A DNA stretch of 64,000 bases from the NCBI RefSeq assembly GCF_006345805.1, contig NC_043010.1:63426001-63490000 (forward strand). Reading direction: 5' to 3'. Source of the stretch: Octopus sinensis. Taxonomy: Eukaryota. Made by a program: the position numbers and the translations under genes. Shown here one piece after another: positions 63,838-64,000 of the stretch. Position 1 is the first letter of the stretch; each line of letters begins with the position of its first letter. The notes under the pieces are model-generated. The model was given only the letters and a program-made list of their open reading frames with translations. It was not told the DNA's origin and did not search any database.

Positions 63838-64000
63838 AAAAACTGTGTAGTCGCAAAGCTTGCTTCCCAACCATGCAGTCTTCAGTTCAGGCCCACTTCG
63901 CAGCACTTTAGGCAAGTGTCTTCAACTGTAGACCAGAGCTAACCAAAGCCTTATGAGTGGATGAGGTAGACGGAAACTGAAAGAAGCATATCATATATGT

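Overview
AT-rich, microsatellite-dense animal DNA, most likely an octopus (coleoid cephalopod). That is inferred from the SINE/LINE repertoire and clustered C2H2 genes, not from a database hit. Only two intact protein-coding ORFs are supported: convergent paralogous multi-C2H2 zinc-finger genes at 21196-23652 (+, 818 aa, 16 fingers) and 52710-55427 (-, 905 aa, 22 fingers). They share a repeating 3-4-finger module with an unusual Phe-Phe finger, plus short N- and C-terminal motifs I do not recognise as any named domain. The rest is a mosaic of tRNA-derived SINEs (three groups), truncated LINEs (RTE-BovB, RTE-X, CR1-like, R4/Dong), Tc1/mariner remnants, piggyBac-type and other MITEs, a Helitron and simple repeats. 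The main hidden signal is a set of type-I hammerhead ribozyme motifs, mostly in non-coding elements lodged in (TA)n tracts, as expected of Penelope-like element or retrozyme derivatives. Two complete hammerheads mark the outer ends of a ~5.35-kb palindrome (31731-37084, 1-nt spacer at 34255), which may be real or an assembly fold-back. Three minimal hammerheads punctuate a ~375-bp tandem repeat (1331-2320) whose sequence switch points fall at the predicted cleavage sites. Almost all other ORFs in the supplied track are microsatellite or antisense artefacts. Repeat boundaries were read by eye and are approximate.
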